NCBI GenBank assembly: GCA_963555815.3
Contig: CAUVWX020000001.1
Location: forward strand, 608,001 to 672,000
Reading direction: 5' to 3'
Origin: a bacterium
GTDB lineage: Bacteria > UBA8248 > JACPRG01 > G963555815
Length of the DNA stretch: 64,000 nucleotides
Under the pieces are notes generated by a model, which was not told the origin of the DNA, made no database searches, and was given only the letters and a program-made list of their open reading frames with translations. Both the position numbers and the translations under genes were made by a program. Positions 9,233 to 18,963 of this stretch are shown here, in pieces. The stretch's first letter is position 1, and each line of letters opens with the position of its first letter.

Positions 9233-10015
9233 CTAGGCCGTGCTTCGGCGGGCGGTCCAGGTGGCGACGAGGAACGTCGCGCCACAGAACAAAACCGTGA
9301 CCCCGAGCGAGAGGGCCATCTGAGGGACATCTCCCGCAGCCTCGGGGTTGCCAAGGTACATGCTACGGCGAAGCGCCGCCATGCCGTAGGTCAAGGGGTT
9401 CACCCGCATCGCCCACGCGAGCCATTGGGGAGCGCCAGAGATCGGAAAAAAAGCCCCGGAAAGCAGCCAGGCCGGAAAGAGAATGAGATTCATGATGGCG
9501 TGGAATCCTTGGGTGGAATCCAACCCCCAGGCGATGATCAGCCCAAGGTTCGTCATCCCAAAAGACATGAGGAACATCACCGCCACCAACAAGAGGACCG
9601 ATGGGACGGTCAAGGGGATCCCGGCGACAGGGGCGAGAAAGAGAAACAGAACACCCTCCAGAAGGGCCAGCGTGGTCCCGCCAAGGGCCTGGCCCAGGAC
9701 AATGCTCGACCGGCCGACAGGGGCCACCAGCACACCCTGCATAAATCCCTTCTGGCGGTCCTCAACGGTAGAAATGGTGGCAAAGATGGCGGTAAATAAA
9801 AGGGCCAGGGCAATAATGCCAGGATAGAAATATTCAACATAACTCGTCCCAATAGGGGTTCCAGGGGGTTGAAAGGAGGCCCCCAATCCGGCGCCCAGGA
9901 GGAGCCAAAAGACCAGCGGTTGCGCGAAGGCGCCAATGAGGCGGCTTCGCTGCCGAACGAACCGCTGGATCTCCCGCCACCAGAGCGTGACCACCGGAAG
10001 TAAAAAACCCTTCAT
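9233..10015 (-). CDS. ABC-2 type exporter permease
   Basis: About six TM segments, LSGAFFP, NPLTY; ATGA overlap with ATPase stop gives start 10015. Confidence 0.85.
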   Translation of the reverse strand: MKGFLLPVVTLWWREIQRFVRQRSRLIGAFAQPLVFWLLLGAGLGASFQPPGTPIGTSYVEYFYPGIIALALLFTAIFATISTVEDRQKGFMQGVLVAPVGRSSIVLGQALGGTTLALLEGVLFLFLAPVAGIPLTVPSVLLLVAVMFLMSFGMTNLGLIIAWGLDSTQGFHAIMNLILFPAWLLSGAFFPISGAPQWLAWAMRVNPLTYGMAALRRSMYLGNPEAAGDVPQMALSLGVTVLFCGATFLVATWTARRSTA

Positions 10016-10986
10016 GGCGCGTCTCCCGAAATTTCCTGCCCACCCCAGAGGCGATGTCCCGTCTGGTGGACAAAAACGTCTTCCAGGGTCGGCTTTCCAA
10101 AGGTGACCGATTTGACCTCGCCGGGAAAGGCCTCGACGACCTCCCGGACGAACTCGTGTCCGCGGGGGCGCTCCACCCGCAGGGTCCCGTCTATGCACAC
10201 AGGCTCACATCCGAATCGCTCCCGAATTTTTCGCCGCAGCCCTTCAGGGTCCTGAGGGAGGATGACCACGACGTCCCCTCCGATCTCTTTTTTCAGTCCG
10301 TCTGGAACTCCGAGGGCCACCAGCTTCCCCTGGTGGATGATCCCCACCCGATTGCACCGCTCGGCCTCCTCCGTGAAGTGCGTCGTCAGCAGGACGGTGA
10401 CGCCCTCTTCCCGGCGCAAGCGGTCCAGATGGTTGGTGAAGTCTCGGCGTGCGCCGGGATCAAGGCCCGTGCTCGGCTCGTCCAAGAGCAGGAGGGGTGG
10501 GCTATGAAGCAACGCCTTGGCGAGCTCTGCCCTTCTCTGAAGCCCTCCGGAGAGTTTGGCCACAAGGTCCCGGCGGCGGTCGCTCAAACCCAGCCGATTC
10601 AAGACCACCGTCGCCCGACTCTTTAGCAACTTCCCTCGTAAGCCGTAGAGATGTCCGTGGTGCTCCAGGTTTTCCATCACCGTGAGCTTTGGATCGAGGC
10701 TGGGGTGCTGAAAGACGACCCCCAAGCCCCTGCGGACGGCATGAGGCTCAGCAGCAACGTCGCGGCCAAAGATGCGGGCCCGCCCGCCCGTCGCCGGCAT
10801 GGAGGTGGAGAGGATATTGAAGAGGGTGGTCTTGCCCCCCCCGTTCGGCCCGAGGAGGCCGAAGATCTCTCCCCGGGATACGGAAAAGGTGACGCCCGCC
10901 AGTGCCTCCCGGGTCCCGTAGCTGTGACGGAGCCCCTCAACCGCGACAGCAGGAGTGTCCATCCCAGGGTTAGTTCCGCTCACCAT
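10012..10986 (-). CDS. ABC exporter ATP-binding protein (DrrA-like)
   Basis: Walker A GPNGGGKTT, LSGG, LLLDEP, PTLEDVF. Confidence 0.9.
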   Translation of the reverse strand: MVSGTNPGMDTPAVAVEGLRHSYGTREALAGVTFSVSRGEIFGLLGPNGGGKTTLFNILSTSMPATGGRARIFGRDVAAEPHAVRRGLGVVFQHPSLDPKLTVMENLEHHGHLYGLRGKLLKSRATVVLNRLGLSDRRRDLVAKLSGGLQRRAELAKALLHSPPLLLLDEPSTGLDPGARRDFTNHLDRLRREEGVTVLLTTHFTEEAERCNRVGIIHQGKLVALGVPDGLKKEIGGDVVVILPQDPEGLRRKIRERFGCEPVCIDGTLRVERPRGHEFVREVVEAFPGEVKSVTFGKPTLEDVFVHQTGHRLWGGQEISGDAP

Positions 10987-11022
10987 GGATGCCTCTGCGA
11001 AAACGAGAAAGCGCTCGCCCTC

Positions 11023-11553
11023 CTAGAGGGGCGGGAAAAGCTGATGCAACATCAAATAGACGATCACCCCAGTCACCGAGACATACAACCAAATGGGGAG
11101 CGTCCAGCGGGCAATTTTCCTGTGTTTATCGAACTGTTCGCTCCACGCCCGATAGATCGTGGTCAGCACGAATGGAAGGATAACGGCGGCCAGCGTGATG
11201 TGGGAGATCAGCAGGGGAAAGTAGACCGCGCGAACCCAACCCTGCCCCCCGAAAGGAGTCGGGCCAACCTGGGAGTGGTACACCAGATAAGAGATGAGAA
11301 AGAGGCTGGAGACCCCAAAGGCTGACAACATACAGGCCCGATGGGTCGCCACCTTTTTCTGACGGATGAAGACATACCCGACGGCGAGCAGCACGGCGCT
11401 CGTCCCGTTAAGGAAGGCGTTGAGGGCGGGCAAGGCCGAGAGAGGATAATCTGGTTGGACCTGGGCCTGCCGCCCCGTCAGAAAAAATCCCAAGACCAAG
11501 AGCAGAGCGAGAGATAAAAGGCCTATTCCTGAGAGCGCCAACCGATCTCTCAT
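11023..11553 (-). CDS. DUF420 family membrane protein (CtaM/YozB-like oxidase assembly factor)
   Basis: LPALNAFLN, HRACM, LISHITLA, HRKIARWTLPIWLYVSVTG; within cox operon. Confidence 0.85.
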   Translation of the reverse strand: MRDRLALSGIGLLSLALLLVLGFFLTGRQAQVQPDYPLSALPALNAFLNGTSAVLLAVGYVFIRQKKVATHRACMLSAFGVSSLFLISYLVYHSQVGPTPFGGQGWVRAVYFPLLISHITLAAVILPFVLTTIYRAWSEQFDKHRKIARWTLPIWLYVSVTGVIVYLMLHQLFPPL

Positions 11554-11632
11554 CTTCTCATCGCCATAGAAAAATTGTCGCCCTGAATTCATCACGGTCC
11601 TTCTGGTTTCCAGTCTGAAACTGCCAAAGAGG

Positions 11633-11965
11633 TCAACGGACGATAACCGATTTGTGAGGCGTTGGCGCGATTTTGTGACGGACCGCCACGTGGTCGGGAA
11701 GAAGCGCGAGAACCAGAATAACGCAGAGCAACAGTGGAATCAGGGCAATCACGCTGAGGGTCACGGGTTCGAACCTCAGGTGCATAAAATACATGGCGAC
11801 CAGCGTCACCTTGGACAATGCGAAACCCACCAACAGGATATTGATCACAACCTTGGCCAAAGGGAGGTATATGACGCCCACCTCAACGATCGTCAGGCCG
11901 ACAAGCCACCAGAACACCGCGAGGTAATTCGGCTCTTTTCTATGAGACGACACCATGGTTCCCAC
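11633..11965 (-). CDS. Cytochrome c oxidase subunit IV family protein
   Basis: Three TM segments, LTIVEV, K..LVAMYFMHLRFE; start may be ATG 11956. Confidence 0.8.
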   Translation of the reverse strand: MGTMVSSHRKEPNYLAVFWWLVGLTIVEVGVIYLPLAKVVINILLVGFALSKVTLVAMYFMHLRFEPVTLSVIALIPLLLCVILVLALLPDHVAVRHKIAPTPHKSVIVR

Positions 11966-11968
11966 CGA

Positions 11969-12568
11969 CTACACCAGATAGACGAAAGTGAAGAGCAGAA
12001 TCCAAACGAGATCCACGAAGTGCCAGTAAAGCCCGGCGATTTCAACCTGGTTATGGTTCTCCCCTGAAAAACGGCCGCGAACCCCCAGGATCACGATACA
12101 GGAAAGGTAGATGGCGCCCCCGGTGACGTGGGCGCCGTGAAAACCCGTCAGGACGAAAAAGGTGGTCCCGAAGAGGGTGGACCCGAAAGGATTTCCGGTC
12201 AGCGTGAGGCCGCGATGGATGAGTTCGGTCCATTCCAAGGCCTGCAACCCCAGAAACAGCAGGCCTCCCAGGACGGTCAACAGGAGGAAGTTTCGCATCC
12301 GCCGGTGGTTTCCCCTGCGAATCGCTGCCAGGCCCTTCACCATGGTGACGCTGCTGCAGATCAGGATGAAGGTCATGACCGCCGTCAGGGGTATCCCGAG
12401 AACCTCCGACGGGACCGGCCAGTCGGCGCTTCCATAGCGCAGGGCGCCATACCCGGCGAGCAACCCCCCGAAGGTCATCGCGTCCCCCACCAGGAATATC
12501 CACATCCCCAGCTTGCCCGAGCTCTCGGGAATGAGGGGGGATTCTGTGGGTTCGACCGCTGCCTTCAT
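11969..12568 (-). CDS. Cytochrome c oxidase subunit III family protein (second copy)
   Basis: KLGMWIFL, LTGFHGAHV, GLYWHFVDLVW; start 12568 or 12583. Confidence 0.85.
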   Translation of the reverse strand: MKAAVEPTESPLIPESSGKLGMWIFLVGDAMTFGGLLAGYGALRYGSADWPVPSEVLGIPLTAVMTFILICSSVTMVKGLAAIRRGNHRRMRNFLLLTVLGGLLFLGLQALEWTELIHRGLTLTGNPFGSTLFGTTFFVLTGFHGAHVTGGAIYLSCIVILGVRGRFSGENHNQVEIAGLYWHFVDLVWILLFTFVYLV

Positions 12569-12890
12569 CGAAGCAACTTCCATCCATCTCCACGCTTCGG
12601 GTGGGGCCACCTTGGGCCGAAATCTCTCTTCGGTGGCGTACAGAAGCACGCCGGTGTGCCCATAAGAGCCACCCCGCGATGGACCCAACGACGGCGAAGG
12701 GCGCCACCATCAGGAAGAGGAGGGTCCCCTGGAACCCTTTGGCAAAGGGGGCGTCCTGGATCCAACAGAAGGCGCATGCCTCCGCCGAAACCGGAATGAG
12801 CAAGGGCGCCACCCACAAACCAGCCAGGAGATATCTCTTCGTCCTGAACGACACGCCTGAACACTTCTTGGAGATTATCCCGTTTCCCAT
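12051..12890 (-). CDS. Small exported CxxC membrane protein of the cox operon; only the first ~95 codons look protein-like and the frame runs on into subunit III
   Basis: Signal-like segment, AEACAFC, then one TM helix; fills the gap between the two subunit III genes. Confidence 0.45.
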   Translation of the reverse strand: MGNGIISKKCSGVSFRTKRYLLAGLWVAPLLIPVSAEACAFCWIQDAPFAKGFQGTLLFLMVAPFAVVGSIAGWLLWAHRRASVRHRREISAQGGPTRSVEMDGSCFDEGSGRTHRIPPHSRELGQAGDVDIPGGGRDDLRGVARRVWRPALWKRRLAGPVGGSRDTPDGGHDLHPDLQQRHHGEGPGSDSQGKPPADAKLPPVDRPGRPAVSGVAGLGMDRTHPSRPHADRKSFRVHPLRDHLFRPDGFSRRPRHRGRHLPFLYRDPGGSRPFFRGEP

Positions 12891-12916
12891 TTTTCCCTGT
12901 CAACCAATGGGACACC

Positions 12917-13612
12917 TCAGCTCAGATAGACGAGGGCAAAAAGAACGGGCCAAAGTCCGACCACGAAAAACCAATACATCCCACAGAGCTGAACGGCAAC
13001 GTGCCCTTCCGCGGAAAAGCGGTTTCCCGTTGCCCTGATGAGGACGACCAGGAGCCAGATGACCGCGGCGATCACATGAATCCCATGGCATCCGACCAGT
13101 GTGTAAAAGGTCGCCCCGTAAACCCCGCCCGACAACGTGAGGCCAAAGTGAAGGAGGCGGGCCCACTCGTACCCCTGGATCCCCAGAAAGATCGTCCCGA
13201 GAAGGGCCGTCGTTAAAAGTCCGCTCACGAGGCCTTGCCGGTTCCCCTCCCGGGCGGCGCGCAAAGCTCGAAACATCGAATAGGCACTGAAGAGCAAGAT
13301 GGCGGTGTTGACCCCGGTCACCCCGATGGGCAAGCGCGGCTGGTCGACGGGGGGCCAGATTGGGCTCCCGAGGCGAAAGGTGATGAAGGCGCCGATGAGC
13401 CCCACAAAAAACATCATCTCTGCCCCGAGAAAGACCACCATGCCCAGGCGGGCGTTGCTGATGGGCGGATCTAGGGGAGGGAGAGGGAATGGGGAGCCAT
13501 CGTTAAATGGAGGTTGAGGGGGCGGCGGAGGAGGGCCTTCTCCCCAGCGTCCCACCCCAGGGACATCCTTTACGAGATCGACTCCAGAACCTGTGGCTAC
13601 CCCTTGTGCCAT
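12917..13612 (-). CDS. Cytochrome c oxidase subunit III family protein (first copy)
   Basis: RLGMVVFLGAEMMFF, FLGIQGYEW, FYTLVGCHGIHV, MYWFFV; Pro-rich N-terminus. Confidence 0.85.
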   Translation of the reverse strand: MAQGVATGSGVDLVKDVPGVGRWGEGPPPPPPQPPFNDGSPFPLPPLDPPISNARLGMVVFLGAEMMFFVGLIGAFITFRLGSPIWPPVDQPRLPIGVTGVNTAILLFSAYSMFRALRAAREGNRQGLVSGLLTTALLGTIFLGIQGYEWARLLHFGLTLSGGVYGATFYTLVGCHGIHVIAAVIWLLVVLIRATGNRFSAEGHVAVQLCGMYWFFVVGLWPVLFALVYLS

Positions 13613-13657
13613 ATTACCCACCCATTGAGTCCATTCAGACCACGCACGTCCCCTCGT

Positions 13658-14563
13658 TTAGGTCGGAACCTTGTCGAGGGCCATGAACACGAGCAAAACC
13701 GGCAGATAGATCAGCGAGGCGAAGAGCAGGCGGCGTGCAGCCGCAGCCGATCTGGAGACTGCGAGGCTGATCCCACAGCCAAGGAACGCCACCCCGAGTA
13801 CAAGAGCCGCCATCAGATAGATAGACCCTGAAAGCCCGATGAGCGCCGGCAGGATGCCCACGGCGATGAGCGCCAAGCAGTTGCTCACGACCTGGCGCCC
13901 GGTGCTCCTGCCGTCTTGCTCCACGACCGGAAGGAGGCGGATACCCGCCCGGGCGTAGTCGTCTCGATAGATCCATGCGATGGACAGCGAATGGGGGAAT
14001 TGCCAGAGAAACAAGATGGCAAAGAGCACCCCAGCCTCCAGGCCCAGCTCGCCCCTGGCCGCCACCCAGCCGGTCACCGGCGGGAGGGCCCCTGGAATCG
14101 CCCCCGCGACACTGCACAGGGAGGTCTTCTGCTTTAGGGGCGTATAGACGAAGATGTACCCCACCACAGTGGCCGCGGTGACGAGGGCGCTCAGGCCGTT
14201 GACCATGAGAGCGAGGTAAAGTAACCCACTCACCGTGATGGTCACCCCGAAGTTCAGCGCCTCGGCGGGCTTCATCCGCCCGGCGGGCAGTGGCCGGAGC
14301 CTCGTCCGCTTCATCCGCCCGTCCACTTCACGTTCAAGGTATTGGTTCACCGCCACGGTGCCGCCGGCCGCCAGGGCCGCGCCGACGAGCGTCCGGACCA
14401 GCAGGAACCCATCCATCCCCCCCTGGGAACCCAGATAGAAACCCGCGAGCACCGTGGTCAGGACGAGCAGGACGACCCGGGGCTTCGTCAACTGAAGGAA
14501 GTCCCTCGCCCGTCCCTGGGCCTGGGCCCACTGCATGTGCAAGATGTGCGCACCAAGGGTCAT
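13658..14563 (-). CDS. ctaB: Heme o synthase (protoheme IX farnesyltransferase)
   Basis: LTKPRV, D.RMKRTRLRPLP.G, YTPLK, GAIPGALPP..GW, WQFPH. Confidence 0.92.
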   Translation of the reverse strand: MTLGAHILHMQWAQAQGRARDFLQLTKPRVVLLVLTTVLAGFYLGSQGGMDGFLLVRTLVGAALAAGGTVAVNQYLEREVDGRMKRTRLRPLPAGRMKPAEALNFGVTITVSGLLYLALMVNGLSALVTAATVVGYIFVYTPLKQKTSLCSVAGAIPGALPPVTGWVAARGELGLEAGVLFAILFLWQFPHSLSIAWIYRDDYARAGIRLLPVVEQDGRSTGRQVVSNCLALIAVGILPALIGLSGSIYLMAALVLGVAFLGCGISLAVSRSAAAARRLLFASLIYLPVLLVFMALDKVPT

Positions 14564-15534
14564 GCGGGCACCTGCTCCGCGACAAGCCCCAGACCAACCC
14601 TGCGCTTCGGTAACGCCAGGAGCCGGTAGGAGCGAAGTGTCAGGACAAAACTGGTGGCCAAAATCGCCCCCCCGATGGCCACATGCCCCGTTGTGGGGAG
14701 GACGGCCTTCTGGGTCCAGATGGTGAAGGCGCCCAGCGTGAGCTCAAGAAACAGGAGGGCGGTCATCCCCAGCGCCGGACGGAACAGCCTTCCCTCCGCT
14801 CGATGCCCCCGGACCACCCGTGCCAGTGTCCAGATGATAAACGCGGCGACCGCCACGGCCCCCACGCGGTGCAGAAAATGGACAATGACTGTGGGATCAT
14901 TCATCGGCGGCAGGAGCCCCCCAAAGGCCAACGGGAAGTCAGGGATCGCCAGGCCGGCGCCCGTGTGCCGCACGAGTGCCCCCAGGACAAGTTGACCATA
15001 GATCACGATGGCCGTCGTGGCGCAAAGGCGCGGCAGAGAGGATCGGGCCTCCCCGACAGCCTGGTTGGCAAGGGTCTTAAATCTCGGACCGGTGAGCACG
15101 GCCAGCGCCACCGTCAGGCAAAAGAAGGTGTGGGCGAGCAAGGCGTGAGCCACCGAGACTGGGGTGGGCAAAAGAAATAGAACGGTAATCCCGCCGAGGA
15201 CCCCTTGGAAAACAACGGCCAACAGGGCGCCCACTGCCAGAGCCTTCACCCATTTTCTCGTCTCCCGAAGGCAGATCCAAACGGTCAGGACCAGCGTCAA
15301 GGCGCCCACAAAGGCGGCCGCCATCCGGTGCCCGTGCTCGTATAGCACGCCCCCCACCATAGGGGGAAAGAACTGCCCGAAGGAAAGGGGCCAGTCGGGC
15401 ACGGCGAGGCCGGAGCCGGTGCTGGTCACCAACCCGCCGACAAAGATCAGAAAGAAGGTTGCCCACGCCGTTAAGAGGGCGAATCCATGGAGTCCCATGT
15501 TGTTGGCCCTCGGGCGGTTCCTTAAAGGGAACAC
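14560..15534 (-). CDS. ctaA: Heme A synthase (COX15/CtaA family)
   Basis: GGLVTSTGSGLAVPDWP, EHGHR, repeated GALVRHTGAGLAIPDFP, HFLHR; RBS GGAGG before GTG 15534. Confidence 0.85.
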   Translation of the reverse strand: MFPLRNRPRANNMGLHGFALLTAWATFFLIFVGGLVTSTGSGLAVPDWPLSFGQFFPPMVGGVLYEHGHRMAAAFVGALTLVLTVWICLRETRKWVKALAVGALLAVVFQGVLGGITVLFLLPTPVSVAHALLAHTFFCLTVALAVLTGPRFKTLANQAVGEARSSLPRLCATTAIVIYGQLVLGALVRHTGAGLAIPDFPLAFGGLLPPMNDPTVIVHFLHRVGAVAVAAFIIWTLARVVRGHRAEGRLFRPALGMTALLFLELTLGAFTIWTQKAVLPTTGHVAIGGAILATSFVLTLRSYRLLALPKRRVGLGLVAEQVPA

Positions 15535-15554
15535 CAGTCCAGCCTCCCCGGTCC

Positions 15555-17318
15555 CTAATACGTTGCCGCCGGTTTTGGGACCAGGGGTCGATCCTGCGGA
15601 AGCCAATCCTCCGAAACCTCGGGCGAGCTGTACTCATAGGCGCTTCGATAAACGATTGGAAGGGCCTCGCCCCAGTTGCCGTGGGGGGGCGGTGAGGGAG
15701 CACTCCACTCCAGGGTGTTCGCCTGCCATGAGTTCGCCTCCGCCCGCTTCCCAGCAAAGAGACTCCAGAAGAAATTGATCACCAGCACGATCTGCGCCGC
15801 GCCGAGTGCAAAAGCACTGATGGTGATGAAGACATTGATGGGCTGCAGCGTCTGCAGAAAGTCATACTGCAGAGGGTTATAAATCCTGCGCATCATCCCC
15901 CCGACGCCAAGGATGTGCATCGGGAAGAAGACGCCGTTGAACGCAATGAACGTCGACCAGAAGTGAATCTTTCCGAGGGTCTCGTTCATCATCCGGCCAA
16001 ACATCTTCGGGAACCAATAGTGAATCGCCCCGAAAAGGCCGAAGAGGCTGCCGCCAAAAAGCACATAGTGGATGTGGGCGACGATGAAATAGGTGTCGTG
16101 GATGTAGATGTCTACCGGGGCTGACGCCATAAAGATGCCGCTCAAGCCCCCGATCACAAACATGGAAACGAAGGCCAGCCCGTGCAGCATCGGTGTGGTG
16201 AAGCGGATCGAACCGCCCCAGAGGGTGCCGAGCCAATTGAAGGTCTTGATGGCCGACGGCACGGCGATCACCATCGTCGAAAGCATGAAGCTCGTGCCCA
16301 GCACCGGGTTCATCCCGCTCTGGAACATATGATGACCCCAGACGATGAACCCCAGGAAGGCGATGGCCATCATGGCGTACACCATGGCCCGATAGCCAAA
16401 GATGGGCTTTCGAGAAAAGACCGAGAGGATCTCCGATCCGATCCCCATGGCCGGGAGAATCAGGACGTAGACCTCCGGATGGCCGAAGAACCAGAAGAGG
16501 TGCTGCCACAGGAGCGGCTCTCCCCCGCCCGAGGGAAGGAAGAAACTCGTCCCCAGGGCCCGATCGAGGAAGAGCATCGCCAGGGCTGCGGTCAGGACGG
16601 GCAGCGCCAGCAAGAGGAGGATCGCCACAATGAAGAGGGACCAGATCACCAACGGCAGGCGAAAGAATGTCATCCCCGGGGCCCGCATGTTGATAATCGT
16701 GGTGATGTAGTTGATGGACCCCATGAGGGACGAGAAGCTGAGGATAATGAGGCTAATGATCCAGAGGTTCTGGCCCCAGTCCACTCCGGTATAGGTCACA
16801 TTCGCCGTCAGGGGAGCGTAGGCGGTCCAGCCGCCAGCCGCATGCCCCCCTGGGACGGCGAACCCGGCCAGCATCACAAGGCCTGCCAGCGCACCGGCCC
16901 AGAAGGAGAGCATATTGAGGACAGGAAAGGCCATGTCCCGGGCCCCGATCATGAGAGGGATCAAGAAGTTCCCAAAACAGCCGACCAGGATGGGCATGAG
17001 CACAAAGAAGATCATGAGCGTGGCGTGCATCGTGAAGAGCATGTTGTAGAAGTCGGGCGGGATGATTCCGCCGTACATGTAGGGCTCAGGAACCCACCCG
17101 AAGCCTGGCACCGGCGTCTCCGGCCACGCCAGTTGCCAGCGCATCAGGAGCGCCATCAGCCCTCCCAGGACCATCATGAAAAGGCCCATGAAGAGAAACT
17201 GCTTGGCGATCATCTTGTGGTCTGTCGAGAAGACGTACGTGCGCCAAAAGCCCAGATGTCCGTGGTGGACACGGGCTTCCTGCATAGCCCCCGCCGACTC
17301 GCTCACCGCCTCACCCAA
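15555..17318 (-). CDS. ctaD: Cytochrome c oxidase subunit I (A1-type)
   Basis: STDHK, FTMH, GWTAY, WFFGHPEVY, WGHH, HDTY..AHIHY, MMRRI. Confidence 0.95.
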   Translation of the reverse strand: MGEAVSESAGAMQEARVHHGHLGFWRTYVFSTDHKMIAKQFLFMGLFMMVLGGLMALLMRWQLAWPETPVPGFGWVPEPYMYGGIIPPDFYNMLFTMHATLMIFFVLMPILVGCFGNFLIPLMIGARDMAFPVLNMLSFWAGALAGLVMLAGFAVPGGHAAGGWTAYAPLTANVTYTGVDWGQNLWIISLIILSFSSLMGSINYITTIINMRAPGMTFFRLPLVIWSLFIVAILLLLALPVLTAALAMLFLDRALGTSFFLPSGGGEPLLWQHLFWFFGHPEVYVLILPAMGIGSEILSVFSRKPIFGYRAMVYAMMAIAFLGFIVWGHHMFQSGMNPVLGTSFMLSTMVIAVPSAIKTFNWLGTLWGGSIRFTTPMLHGLAFVSMFVIGGLSGIFMASAPVDIYIHDTYFIVAHIHYVLFGGSLFGLFGAIHYWFPKMFGRMMNETLGKIHFWSTFIAFNGVFFPMHILGVGGMMRRIYNPLQYDFLQTLQPINVFITISAFALGAAQIVLVINFFWSLFAGKRAEANSWQANTLEWSAPSPPPHGNWGEALPIVYRSAYEYSSPEVSEDWLPQDRPLVPKPAATY

Positions 17319-17355
17319 TCTTCCCTGGGGGCTGGTTGACCAGCTGGCCTACGCC

Positions 17356-18030
17356 TCACGAATCTTCCTCCTGGGAGGACGGCCAGTTTCTCTCGACCCA
17401 TCTTTGGTAATCCTCTGCAGAGTGGACAGTGAGATATCCCTTCATCCCGGAGTGTCCGAATCCACAGAGCTCAGCACAGGGCATCTCGTACTTACCCGGT
17501 CGGGTCGCCTCGAACCAGGAATCGATATCTCGCCCCGGCACGGCGTCCTGCTTGAAACGCAGGTTCGGGATAAAAAGGCTGTGGATGACATCGTCCGACT
17601 TCAGGATGACCCGCACCACCTGGTTGACAGGGACGTTCATATTATTGTCCGCCCGGAGGTCATCCTCAGTCCCGAACTCTCCGTCAGGCCCCGGATAGAC
17701 GATCTCCCAGCTGAACTGTTTTGCCGTAACGCGGACCTGGATCTCACTGGCTGGGAGGGATTCTTTAATTCTCCCCCACAGCGGCCTGCTCATGATCGTC
17801 AGCATGATCATGATGCCGGCGGTGACGACGGTCCAAAGGATTTCCAGATAGGTATTCCCGTGTAGATAGGTCGCCCGCCGGCCTTCACGGCGGCGGAACA
17901 AAATGAGGAAGGCCACCATGACGGTCATCACCAGAATGAAGGTCACGCCCGTGATGTTGTAGATGAGAGAAAAGAGGGAGTCGATATCCTTTCCGTAGGT
18001 TGATGCATTCTCGGGAAGCCACCTGAGCAT
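17356..18030 (-). CDS. ctaC: Cytochrome c oxidase subunit II (CuA, no fused cytochrome c)
   Basis: Two TM helices, LEILWT, DVIHS, CAELCGFGHSGM CuA motif. Confidence 0.93.
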   Translation of the reverse strand: MLRWLPENASTYGKDIDSLFSLIYNITGVTFILVMTVMVAFLILFRRREGRRATYLHGNTYLEILWTVVTAGIMIMLTIMSRPLWGRIKESLPASEIQVRVTAKQFSWEIVYPGPDGEFGTEDDLRADNNMNVPVNQVVRVILKSDDVIHSLFIPNLRFKQDAVPGRDIDSWFEATRPGKYEMPCAELCGFGHSGMKGYLTVHSAEDYQRWVERNWPSSQEEDS

Positions 18031-18169
18031 CAGGATCTCCCAGCGCTTTTCACGGTCTCGCTTTGGCCAAGAGGGTGATTAGGACTCGTAAGGGTGGCAA
18101 ATATTCATCAAGACGCACGACACAAACCCGGCGACATCACCCGCATGGACTGGGGATAGGTGCCCTCGA

Positions 18170-18922
18170 TTACTTCCCCTCGAGGGCCACCGTCAGGGTG
18201 GTCGTTTCGTTGGGCTTTACAGTGACCTGCTGAGAAGCCTTGCCGAGTGACTCCTGCCAGACTTCCAGCGTATAGGTGCCGGGGGGCACGTTGGCCAGGG
18301 TGAATTGGCCACCTTTGTCGGTCACCGCAAAGTAGGGGTGGGCGGCGGCTACGATATACGCATTCATCCAGGGGTGTACGTCGCACCTGACATTGATCGT
18401 CTCTGGCGTCCGGAAGGACTTTCCCTTCAACACGAGCTTCCTCGGGGGCTTCAGGAACCTTGGGTGGGCCTTGTTCAAAGGCGCGTTCTTTTCAGGAAAG
18501 GTGTGAATATTGTGCAGGACCCCATCATTATTGAGGGCGTTGACGTTCTCCCCCGCGCGGACCAGCAAGACGTGGGGACGGTAGGTGCACCCATTTTGGT
18601 CCAGCACGGCCTCCGGCAGGTCCCACTTTTTCCCCGACTGCACGTCGGTCAAGGAGACAACAGCCCATCGAACACTGCCGTCCTCGCCGACGACCAGGCT
18701 TTCATCCATAATGGGCTCTTTCCCGCAGGCTTCCAGGTCCTTGGTGACCTCGAGCAGGCTGGGCGGGGGGGGGGTTCCCATAAATTTTATGGCGCCGGCG
18801 ATGGTGCCACCATCCGTCACATCACCCTCCTCGTATGCCGCTTCGCCCCCTTTGAAGGCCCACACCACGGGCACTAAGACCAGAGCGAGTACGACAAACC
18901 CGACCCATTTCATTCGCATCAT
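18170..18922 (-). CDS. Exported cupredoxin-like protein with carboxypeptidase-regulatory-like C-terminal domain
   Basis: Signal peptide; LDQNGC, LHNIH, CDVHPWM possible type-1 Cu ligand set; VPPGTYTLEVW. Confidence 0.65.
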   Translation of the reverse strand: MMRMKWVGFVVLALVLVPVVWAFKGGEAAYEEGDVTDGGTIAGAIKFMGTPPPPSLLEVTKDLEACGKEPIMDESLVVGEDGSVRWAVVSLTDVQSGKKWDLPEAVLDQNGCTYRPHVLLVRAGENVNALNNDGVLHNIHTFPEKNAPLNKAHPRFLKPPRKLVLKGKSFRTPETINVRCDVHPWMNAYIVAAAHPYFAVTDKGGQFTLANVPPGTYTLEVWQESLGKASQQVTVKPNETTTLTVALEGK

Positions 18923-18963
18923 TCCCTCTCCTTCCTAAATGGGGTTGCCGATCTAGAGTGGGT

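Noticed and set aside
16182..17339. Long antisense ORFs (also 7353..8318, 26713..27960, 32554..33675, 34066..34998, 47622..48569)
   Set aside because: Shadow frames opposite well-supported genes, expected at high GC, with no recognisable motifs
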